Below, piece after piece: positions 56,178 to 64,000 of a stretch of 64,000 nt of DNA; position 1 is the first letter of the stretch; each line of letters opens with the position of its first letter. A program made the position numbers and the translations under genes. The notes under the pieces were generated by a model. The model saw nothing but the letters and a program-made list of their open reading frames with translations, did no database searches and was not told where the DNA came from. Source of the DNA: a virus (lineage: Duplodnaviria; Caudoviricetes); the IMG/VR virus record IMGVR_UViG_3300014203_000012, positions 64,001-128,000 of that record. One strand, 5' to 3'.

Positions 56178-57185
56178 TTGAAAAGTTATTTCAGAGCAGC
56201 AGTAAATGAACATATGGACATAACTGACCAAAAAACAAGAAGTACAGTCCTCTCTATTAATGAGCAGGATCAAGATACTGTGTTATTGTCTTTAACCGGA
56301 AAACTATATGAAATGATTGTTGAAAAAGTAGACGATATAGATTTTGGAGATATTCCTGATACTAAAGGGGATATTACTCAATTGCCAGCATATACTAAAA
56401 TCACTTCTAGTATTGATACTCTTACCGCTATACTAGAGCAGTATAAACAACCTACCGATACAATAGATACTATCCAAAATGCGTTATCTAATTTGGTAAA
56501 TCATAAAGAGTTATTTAAAAGAGGGTACGCAGCTAATATTGAAATCATTATGGTTACTTATAGTGAAATGGCTTTAGGCATAGTTAATAGTATTTCATAT
56601 ATGATCGCAGCTACAATTGAATTCATTAAAAATCCTAGTGATGAAGGATTTAAGATCTCTTTAGATAAAACTGGGCTAGCCAGAACAAAAGATTCTTTGA
56701 TCTATTCTAATCTAGGCAGATTTAATGAAGCCTGCAAACAGAACCAGTTAGAAAACGCATTTGAGCCTCTTATCAAGGCACGAGTAAAGAATTTCACTGG
56801 AATTGAAATTGGTGTTGTTGCCGGTGGTATTGCCATTGCTGGTATACTACTTAACATCCTTCCAATCTTACGCGAAATGACTTTCTTTTTTTATTCAACT
56901 CGTACAAGAATAAGTCAATACTTCGATCTTCAGGCAGATTTACTTGAGATGAACTCTAATGCTATTCGTATGAATGAAATAGATACATTAGATGAAAAAA
57001 ATAAAGTTGCCAAACGTCAAGCTTCTATAGCTGGTGCTTTCCGTACATTATCAAACAAAATTTGTATAAATAATGTTGCTGCGGAAAAAGACACACCAAA
57101 ATCTATGAAATCAGAAGATAAAAAAATGAAGATTGATGATATTGTTGATTCTTTACCGGATTCAGCGGCACAATCATTATTCTAA
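56178..57185 (+). CDS. virion protein with hydrophobic segment
   Basis: 335 aa, TTG start after AAGGAGG. Confidence 0.65.
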   Translation: MKSYFRAAVNEHMDITDQKTRSTVLSINEQDQDTVLLSLTGKLYEMIVEKVDDIDFGDIPDTKGDITQLPAYTKITSSIDTLTAILEQYKQPTDTIDTIQNALSNLVNHKELFKRGYAANIEIIMVTYSEMALGIVNSISYMIAATIEFIKNPSDEGFKISLDKTGLARTKDSLIYSNLGRFNEACKQNQLENAFEPLIKARVKNFTGIEIGVVAGGIAIAGILLNILPILREMTFFFYSTRTRISQYFDLQADLLEMNSNAIRMNEIDTLDEKNKVAKRQASIAGAFRTLSNKICINNVAAEKDTPKSMKSEDKKMKIDDIVDSLPDSAAQSLF

Positions 57186-57201
57186 GAAAGGAGTGATATA
57201 A

Positions 57202-58164
57202 GTGTTTACAGTTGATAAGATAATGACTCATGGACAGTTTGCTCAAGAAATGTTAGAGCAAATGAATTCAGAAGTTTCACCATATAATGCTAAGTCATAT
57301 AATGAACATTTAAAAACTATGGAAAATAAAAAGAACCGCAATGAAACTGACTTTATGTATGAAGGTGTTGAAAAGGTAGCTAATGCTAAAATGAGAATGT
57401 CTAAGTTCTCTGAAGCTCTATCTGCTCATCTTCTAAAAGAATGTTTCTGTGTGGTATTTGATAAGATCATGGAAGCTGAAAGGTGCACTCAGCATGAACA
57501 ATCAATTGGTCGTTCTATGATTTCCAAACTTATTAAAGAAGAAGGCACGTCAGCACTTTTAACGAGATTTGAAAATAAAAGCATGATACTTTCTGAGTTT
57601 GCTAGGTATACTGAAAAGTATCATAGGCTTGCAATGGAATCAGTAGCGACTAAAACTATTGCCGCTCCTGAAGACGATACATGTTATGTCTTAGATAAAG
57701 AAATTGCTGAGAAATTCATGGATGATGTAAAAGACTTAGTTCCAGATAAAACTATAGATCTCATCAGAGATAGAGTCGAAGATGCAATGCAAGAATTTAT
57801 TGATCAAAACACTGAAAATAAAATTGCTATTAAGGATATATACCTTAACGCAAAAATGTCAGTAGAGAAAGCTTCTAGCGATGCAGTGAAAGAAGAATTT
57901 ACTTCTAGAGCTAAGGGGTTAGCTGCTAGGGTTTATGAGAAACCTACTAAAGTATTTGGGGCTATGGTTACTGCTGTTGGGGAGGCTGTTATGAAAACAG
58001 ACGCTCTTAAAGCTGAGTATGTGGACGGTAGTAAACTAAAACTAGAGCATTTATGCAATGATGTAAGAGTTATGTATACTGTGCTTGAAATGGCTAACAC
58101 TTTAAATGTAGTAAACGTAGACTCTACTTACATTAAACAAGCCATCACTGATCTAAAAGGATAA
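57202..58164 (+). CDS. helical virion/head protein
   Basis: 320 aa, GTG start after AAAGGAG. Confidence 0.65.
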   Translation: MFTVDKIMTHGQFAQEMLEQMNSEVSPYNAKSYNEHLKTMENKKNRNETDFMYEGVEKVANAKMRMSKFSEALSAHLLKECFCVVFDKIMEAERCTQHEQSIGRSMISKLIKEEGTSALLTRFENKSMILSEFARYTEKYHRLAMESVATKTIAAPEDDTCYVLDKEIAEKFMDDVKDLVPDKTIDLIRDRVEDAMQEFIDQNTENKIAIKDIYLNAKMSVEKASSDAVKEEFTSRAKGLAARVYEKPTKVFGAMVTAVGEAVMKTDALKAEYVDGSKLKLEHLCNDVRVMYTVLEMANTLNVVNVDSTYIKQAITDLKG

Positions 58165-58165
58165 A

Positions 58166-58204
58166 AAATAAACCCCATACACATAATGTGTATGGGGTTT
58201 ATTT
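58166..58204. terminator. bidirectional terminator
   Basis: aaataaaccccatacaca-taa-tgtgtatggggtttattt. Confidence 0.88.
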
Positions 58205-58209
58205 ATTTT

Positions 58210-58363
58210 TTATTTATGCTTAATACTGGTTAATGGATTAATATTTTTTAATCCGCATTTAGGACATTCGCTATCACACATAGATTCCCAATCTTCTGAC
58301 CATACTGTGTTACAATCAGGGCAATCATAATTATTTGTGTAGTTCCCTTAAAGTCTTTTTCAT
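58210..58363 (-). pseudogene. frameshifted small zinc-ribbon gene
   Basis: AGGAGG+ATG frame stops after 10 codons; +1 frame reads YDCPDCNTVWSEDWESMCDSECPKCG. Confidence 0.55.
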
Positions 58364-58365
58364 TT

Positions 58366-58968
58366 CTATTCTGACCTCCTAATATTATTCGTTATATCCA
58401 ATGGTGGATATTGCGGGTTCATCAGAGCAGATAGCAGATTAAATCCAAAAGGCGCGGGACAATTCCTAATTGCACTTTCAGTTAGTTTATCAAATTCAAG
58501 TATTGACGTTTCACGCAATTTAGATAGTTGTGGGATAAATGCAATGATAGAACGAAGCATTTTAGCGTCTTCCTTTTTAATAGTATTCCCATGCATAACA
58601 ATTATCGATTGAACTAAATCATTTAAGTTTAAGCAAATATCTGCAATAACGTCACTCTTAAATTTCTCAGGTTCTAATATACTAAATGTTTCCCCACAAA
58701 TGGCGCATGTATGTGAGCCATCTGTATTTTGCTTAAGAGATATATTACCATTTTCGCATCTATGTGTGCAATCTTTTTTCTCTTCCATATCACATCCAAT
58801 TTCATTGGTAGGTATACCTTGAAATTTTACAACGTCTGCCTTTATATTATAACTCCCCAAACGTTGTAAAATCTCTTTGTTAAATGGCATAAGACTTACC
58901 AAATTAGATGCCAAGTCTATATCCTTATTCTCTACAGTTATCTCGATATTAATATTGATCTTCTTCAT
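58366..58968 (-). CDS. hypothetical early Zn-finger protein (likely start 58968)
   Basis: CTH..CAIC; RBS AAGGAGG. Confidence 0.7.
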   Translation of the reverse strand: MKKININIEITVENKDIDLASNLVSLMPFNKEILQRLGSYNIKADVVKFQGIPTNEIGCDMEEKKDCTHRCENGNISLKQNTDGSHTCAICGETFSILEPEKFKSDVIADICLNLNDLVQSIIVMHGNTIKKEDAKMLRSIIAFIPQLSKLRETSILEFDKLTESAIRNCPAPFGFNLLSALMNPQYPPLDITNNIRRSE

Positions 58969-59030
58969 TATATATTCCTCCTTAAGATGCAATTTTATTA
59001 TTGCTCATCTATATAATATATAACTCAAAA
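58966..59030 (-). repeat. early promoter + RBS cassette, copy 2
   Basis: Near-identical to 19910-19975. Confidence 0.85.
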
Positions 59031-59043
59031 GATATAACTTAGC

Positions 59044-59078
59044 ATATCCCCGTAATACATAATGTATTACGGGGATAT
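59044..59078 (-). terminator. terminator hairpin
   Basis: atatccccgtaataca-taa-tgtattacggggatat. Confidence 0.85.
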
Positions 59079-59080
59079 AT

Positions 59081-59488
59081 TTATAATGTAATGATTACAG
59101 TATTCTCGCCAATACGAGAAATATAATAGAATAAGTTCTCTGGAAGGCTATAGAATTTCAATACTTCTTCCATGCTCATGTGGGAATAAATATCAGTCTT
59201 ATACCGATCAAAGAATTTTTTCATTGCTGCATCGATAGCTTCATAAAATACAATTGAGTTGTATCTATCACCTTCAAACTTTTTCATGAATGCCTTACGG
59301 AATTGAATTTGAATAGATTTGTTAACATAATCAATGCTATAGCTAGAGATATAGCTAGAGATATTGCCTTTTTCATTTCTAATGATCTCCAGTAATGTGT
59401 CCAATTTATCAGTACTATAAAATTGGCTTTTACATAATTTCTGTCTTACGTCACCTGCGAATGTAATAATTTCATCTTGTTGTCTCAT
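59081..59488 (-). CDS. hypothetical protein
   Basis: 135 aa, RBS AGGAG. Confidence 0.75.
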   Translation of the reverse strand: MRQQDEIITFAGDVRQKLCKSQFYSTDKLDTLLEIIRNEKGNISSYISSYSIDYVNKSIQIQFRKAFMKKFEGDRYNSIVFYEAIDAAMKKFFDRYKTDIYSHMSMEEVLKFYSLPENLFYYISRIGENTVIITL

Positions 59489-59505
59489 TTTAATTTCTCC
59501 TATTC

Positions 59506-60210
59506 CTATTTAAAATATTTAACTTCTCCGTCATATCGTTTTGATATTGTTTTGAATTGATGCCTATTAAATAACATATTTAGATACCGTAGTCGTATTT
59601 CCACTCTCGGTAAAACCGAATAATGTTTCTCTACAGTTCCTTTTATAACTAAAGCATCATCTAGCCAGATATTACTATTGGACATATCGCTATATTTCTT
59701 TCCTATATTGTCCCAGTCTGGTTTATACAAATGTCGATCCATACCTATTTCTGCTAAATAGGTTTCTACCGCATTATAATAACTTGGAGTTTTAAAAAAT
59801 GTAGTATATAATATATCGCACGGGGTATATATTATAGAATTTAAATTAACGAAATCTTGTTCAGTTAGAAGCCTATCCATAAACCTATTATCTTCTGCAC
59901 CATTTATAGAATACACATGGACAAAACTAGGATTAGATAATGCTGCATTTGCTAGATTATTTCTATTTATAAGTCTGAATCTAGGTCTAGGTGATCCTTC
60001 TGGTATTTCATAAAGTACTATAAATATTTCAGTATAGTATAATTCATTAAGCATTCTTTCATGTTTATCGATTATTTCATCGGCTTTCTTATCAGTTATT
60101 TTTAATTTATCATATAACCAATTTAATCTCTGGAGATAATCCTTTGGAATGTCTCCATATTTGTTTTCATACTCTAAAGCTTTTATTTCTCTTTTTTTAT
60201 TAGTTGTCAT
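59506..60210 (-). CDS. rusA: RusA-family Holliday junction resolvase
   Basis: PRPR, KPDWDNIGKKYSD, WLDDALV, PRVEI. Confidence 0.85.
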   Translation of the reverse strand: MTTNKKREIKALEYENKYGDIPKDYLQRLNWLYDKLKITDKKADEIIDKHERMLNELYYTEIFIVLYEIPEGSPRPRFRLINRNNLANAALSNPSFVHVYSINGAEDNRFMDRLLTEQDFVNLNSIIYTPCDILYTTFFKTPSYYNAVETYLAEIGMDRHLYKPDWDNIGKKYSDMSNSNIWLDDALVIKGTVEKHYSVLPRVEIRLRYLNMLFNRHQFKTISKRYDGEVKYFK

Positions 60211-60227
60211 TTTAACACCGCCAATTT

Positions 60228-60262
60228 ATAAAGCTAAAGCCGTCTATTGGCTTTAGCTTTAT
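60228..60262 (-). terminator. hairpin after tail gene
   Basis: ataaagctaaagcc..ggctttagctttat. Confidence 0.7.
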
Positions 60263-60275
60263 GTAATTGAACGCA

Positions 60276-62126
60276 TTAATTTTTATTAAATAGATTTAGC
60301 ATTTTATTCGTTGCCCACTGGTCTAATCCGCCCGCAACGTCAGTGTATATCTTATCCATATATTTATCCCTAAAATATTGCGAGTAGTATAAATATAACG
60401 TTCGTTTTAAGTCTGGTTCGTTTATATTAATACCGCACAGATTAGCTACATAATCCATAAGCGTAATATTACTTAACAAACCTTTCTTAATATCATCATT
60501 TGTAGTAATAGCCATAGCACCATATAATTCCTTAATGGTAAAATGTACGTCTACAGATGTAGGCAATCCACTAGGAGTCCAGCTTCCTTCTTGCCCTTTA
60601 GTGATACTCATATTAGTTATTATACCCATATCACAATTAAATAGACCTTTATAGAAAGCTCTAACAAGAAATGGAGATACATATCCATTCGGCCCAACAG
60701 ATCTTGGAGATACATATCCGACTAAGTGTAGTATAGGAACTATAATATTTAGATATATACTATAATTATCACAATCAGGAGAGGTTAATTTAATGCTTAT
60801 ATCATAATCTCTAGAGAATTGCGAATCGTTCCATATCTCTGGAAATATAAGTTTACCACCAGCTATTACAGTCTTAAGTCCATTCGTAATACCGCCAATA
60901 AGACCATTACTATTTGCCATTTTAGAAACCATATCTTGTTTATTTTGTTCAGTTTTTGCAATTTGTTTATCCGCACTAAATGCATCTAACTCCATACCGG
61001 TCAAAGCTCCAGCTCCACCAAGTATAAAATTCATTTCTCTACCTATATCAGAGATACCATTTACTTTCCCTGCTATCATTGATTGCCCTGTACTATTTGA
61101 GAATGAATCAGATATTTGATTTTCTGAATTTATATAAAATGCTACCCCTCCTCGGTAGTTTAACATGCTATGAAGAGTTTCATTAGAATTGCTTTGCCAA
61201 TCATAGTTTCCTAGTGTTTTATCACCATAATATGTTTCATCTTGTAAATTAAGCAATTTTGCCGCTGCTCTACACATTGGATTTACATGTTTAAAATATG
61301 AGGTCCAATTCACATTTAATCCATAATATCTACCTGGATTGTTTATGAGAGAATCTAAATCAGTCTTGCTTGATCCATCTCCAGTAAATGTCGTAACTAC
61401 ATACTCTAAAATATTTTCCTTTTCTTTTTTACTATAACCGGATAAGAATTCTGGACTTCCAGGAACCATAACGAGTAAAGGTAATTTTGAAACTATTTTT
61501 TCTGCATATTTACGACCAAACGAATCAGAATTGTTGGGATCTATGCGCCTATCTGCGATTTCCATATATTGATATGGCATACCATATACTCCACGCAATG
61601 ACGTTATACGCAATCCATCTAATATAGAATCTGTATTTTTTGTAGTTCCAACAGTAGATTCTGTAGTACTAGAAGTGACATCTCTAGGTGGAGGGGTTGG
61701 AGTTATTGCTATCTCTGGTGGAACCATAATTGTGCCATTTGCGGTTACACTTATATCTGAAATATTTACCCAATATTGATTTTCCCCATTTGATATTTGT
61801 GCCGTAGTCCCTTTTATTGCAACTACTCCAAATGTAACACTAGTTACAGATATTGGTAGGAATCCACCATCTGTAGTTTTTACTTTATCTGTAGAATTAA
61901 ATTTTATATAAGATCCAACTTTTACATCAGTCTTGGTGGTTTCACCAACTTTTTCAACTGATCCGTCAGCGTTGAGTACCCACCCCACACTTGTATGATA
62001 CCAACTATTTGTTACTTCACTAACAACTAAACAACTTCCAGCGATTATACTGTCTAGTATAGGAGAGGTTATTGTACAATCTGAATGTGCATCTACTGTA
62101 TTATTAAATTTATATATATCTGCCAT
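60276..62126 (-). CDS. baseplate hub/tail protein with N-terminal SH3-like domains
   Basis: FPEIWNDS, GIITNMSITKG..W...GLPTSVDV; late promoter AACA CTATAT TA at 62155-62166. Confidence 0.65.
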   Translation of the reverse strand: MADIYKFNNTVDAHSDCTITSPILDSIIAGSCLVVSEVTNSWYHTSVGWVLNADGSVEKVGETTKTDVKVGSYIKFNSTDKVKTTDGGFLPISVTSVTFGVVAIKGTTAQISNGENQYWVNISDISVTANGTIMVPPEIAITPTPPPRDVTSSTTESTVGTTKNTDSILDGLRITSLRGVYGMPYQYMEIADRRIDPNNSDSFGRKYAEKIVSKLPLLVMVPGSPEFLSGYSKKEKENILEYVVTTFTGDGSSKTDLDSLINNPGRYYGLNVNWTSYFKHVNPMCRAAAKLLNLQDETYYGDKTLGNYDWQSNSNETLHSMLNYRGGVAFYINSENQISDSFSNSTGQSMIAGKVNGISDIGREMNFILGGAGALTGMELDAFSADKQIAKTEQNKQDMVSKMANSNGLIGGITNGLKTVIAGGKLIFPEIWNDSQFSRDYDISIKLTSPDCDNYSIYLNIIVPILHLVGYVSPRSVGPNGYVSPFLVRAFYKGLFNCDMGIITNMSITKGQEGSWTPSGLPTSVDVHFTIKELYGAMAITTNDDIKKGLLSNITLMDYVANLCGININEPDLKRTLYLYYSQYFRDKYMDKIYTDVAGGLDQWATNKMLNLFNKN

Positions 62127-62164
62127 TTTAATCCCACCTCATAAGGTATAATTTTAATATAGTG

Positions 62165-62192
62165 TTGGGAAGGTCAATTATGACCTTCCCAA
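62165..62192 (-). terminator. terminator hairpin
   Basis: ttgggaaggtca..tgaccttcccaa. Confidence 0.75.
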
Positions 62193-62203
62193 GTATATAG
62201 TTT

Positions 62204-64000
62204 TTATGAAATAGCTATGGCTCTCATAGCACTTATAATACTTTGAGTGTCTTTAGTCGCCATTATATCACCAAATCCATTATTACTTCCATTACCCATT
62301 GAGGATAATTTAGATAATATTGAAGCTGGAGATAGACTAGATTTTTGGTTAGATGCGGTAGTAGTGTTTGTTTGAGCTTGAGTTGATGGTGTCTGCCCAG
62401 TAAGAGCTCCAGCGATAGAAGCTAGTAATGAAATAATCATATCTAATTTAGGACTATAATCAGGAGCGCAAGCTTGTGATATTTGCGATTTATCTTGTTG
62501 TGCTTGAGCTACTGATACAGGATTTGAACTATTTGCTTTGATAATATTAGGGTCTATAATATTTTTATCTATAGAATCGGTTATAGACTCTATATTAGTT
62601 TGGTCAGTTCCTCTACCCCAAATGGGACTACCAGTACCTACCCCACCATTAAGATGTTTTAGAGCAAAGTTTTTTCTGGCTTGTTTTAATTGAGATAATA
62701 GTTCTTGACCTCTACTATTTTTAGTTTTAATAATAGAATTATCCTGAGATGAGGATTCTTGGGTATCCGTTTTATTATTAAAACCATCAATGAAATTAGT
62801 TGAGATACCATTTAATGGATTATCTGTATTTTTAGTAGCCTCTTTTACAAGAGCATTTGCATAACTAGGATTAACTTCACTTATAGGTTGTTTACCACTT
62901 AGTGTTTTAGCAGTTAAATCAGATTGAGCTATCCCTTCAGGTGAAGGAAGATTAATTGCAGGGCTAGTACTATTTGGTTTGAGTTGAGCTTGTGCCGCAT
63001 CCCACATTTCTTTTATTTTCTGGGCTTTAGCTTTAGCCACATCCATTGAATCGTCGTCTGTAATTTTATTATAGTCTTGTATAAAGTCTTCTGGTACAGC
63101 TTTAATGGAATCTTTAATCTGATCTAGCATAGTACCAGTTCCAAATTTACGAGGACCTGTTTTACCAGTTCCAAATTTGTTTAGTCCAGATTTACCACTA
63201 GCGCTTCCAGGACCCGCTTCGGCTGCAGTATCTACACCGTTTGTTTTATTGCCAGTTACTACAGAACCATCACCAGCCCCAGTTGCAACGTATCCAAATA
63301 TATTTTTATCTCCCCATGTATCCGCCATAGGTCCGTGTTTTACTTTTAGTGTACTAGACGAGTTACCGAAATAACCACCTTTACCATCAGCAATAACAAC
63401 ATGATCTGGATCGCTAGGATCGCTATCAGTATTTATAAGACCAATATCACCCTCAGCTCCACCTTTAGATGCATCTTTCCATAACCCAGATGCTTTAGCT
63501 TGTTCCATAAGGGTTGGTGTCCAAAGAGGCATACTATTAGCGAATTCATTTCCAGAGTGTTCTATATAGTCTTTAGCAAATGCAGTACAGCCATTAGGAC
63601 CATAGCCTTGCGGTTGATCTGATTCGACTAAACCTTCAGCCCAAGTAGAAGCTTTTTGTATTCCAGCATTTGTACTATTTGATACGAATTTTTCTCCAGT
63701 GTATCCGTCGGATTGTTTCTTATCTTTCTTATCCTTAGAACCAAATATACTGCTAAATGGATTATCATCACCAAATATCATTTTAAGTTTATCAGCGCCA
63801 AAGAAACTTCCAGCTTGAGATGTAATAGCCCCAGCTAAAGGTCCAAGAGCCTGTTGCATTTTACCAGTCATTGATTTAGCCGCGCTTAGAACCCCACCTA
63901 ACATTCCATCACTACTTGCGGTTTGAGCTGCAGCCGCAACTTTATTACTATTATTAATTGGAGTAGCTCCAGGAGCGGATTCTCCAGAAAGCGAAACTCC
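62204..64000 (-). CDS. C-terminal part of tail tape-measure / tail-associated lysin with NlpC/P60-CHAP-like domain (5' end outside window)
   Basis: Frame open to window edge; GPNGCTAF (Cys) ... DHVVIADGKGGYFGNSSS (His). Confidence 0.75.
   Translation of the reverse strand, partial: GVSLSGESAPGATPINNSNKVAAAAQTASSDGMLGGVLSAAKSMTGKMQQALGPLAGAITSQAGSFFGADKLKMIFGDDNPFSSIFGSKDKKDKKQSDGYTGEKFVSNSTNAGIQKASTWAEGLVESDQPQGYGPNGCTAFAKDYIEHSGNEFANSMPLWTPTLMEQAKASGLWKDASKGGAEGDIGLINTDSDPSDPDHVVIADGKGGYFGNSSSTLKVKHGPMADTWGDKNIFGYVATGAGDGSVVTGNKTNGVDTAAEAGPGSASGKSGLNKFGTGKTGPRKFGTGTMLDQIKDSIKAVPEDFIQDYNKITDDDSMDVAKAKAQKIKEMWDAAQAQLKPNSTSPAINLPSPEGIAQSDLTAKTLSGKQPISEVNPSYANALVKEATKNTDNPLNGISTNFIDGFNNKTDTQESSSQDNSIIKTKNSRGQELLSQLKQARKNFALKHLNGGVGTGSPIWGRGTDQTNIESITDSIDKNIIDPNIIKANSSNPVSVAQAQQDKSQISQACAPDYSPKLDMIISLLASIAGALTGQTPSTQAQTNTTTASNQKSSLSPASILSKLSSMGNGSNNGFGDIMATKDTQSIISAMRAIAIS

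Noticed and set aside
1-64000. Stop-codon reassignment, tRNA or rRNA genes
   Set aside because: Genes are full length under code 11 with TAA, TAG and TGA all used as stops; no tRNA cloverleaf or rRNA recognised by eye.

Overview
AT-rich, densely coding 64 kb segment of a jumbo myophage of the AR9/PBS1 (phiKZ-related, multisubunit-RNAP) type, standard genetic code. The host is probably a Firmicute; the lysin motifs hint at Negativicutes. The window holds a T4 gp21-like prohead protease, major capsid protein, many internal-head proteins, DnaG-type primase, GroEL-like chaperonin, a probable AR9 gp226-like promoter-specificity subunit, an RNAP beta-prime catalytic subunit (GGDYDGD), baseplate/tail genes, RusA resolvase, an AAA+ ATPase, two RCC1 beta-propellers, and two intact plus one deleted HNH endonucleases. 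Two phage promoter classes are readable in the DNA: early TATATATTATA and late AACA-N6-TA, the latter matching the AR9 non-virion RNAP consensus. About 25 near-perfect intergenic palindromes separate the genes. The most interesting observations are: (i) late-expressed head 'polyproteins' whose enzyme domains (PD-(D/E)xK nuclease, GNAT acetyltransferase, permuted papain-like peptidase) are bracketed by putative prohead-protease sites; (ii) RCC1 propellers with homogenised framework and hypervariable tips, one flanked by a 51-bp direct repeat; (iii) an unannotated -1 frameshift on a U9 run in a tail/baseplate chaperone; (iv) an HNH gene inserted antisense between the RNAP gene and its promoter/RBS. 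All family assignments come from motif recognition by eye, not database searches.
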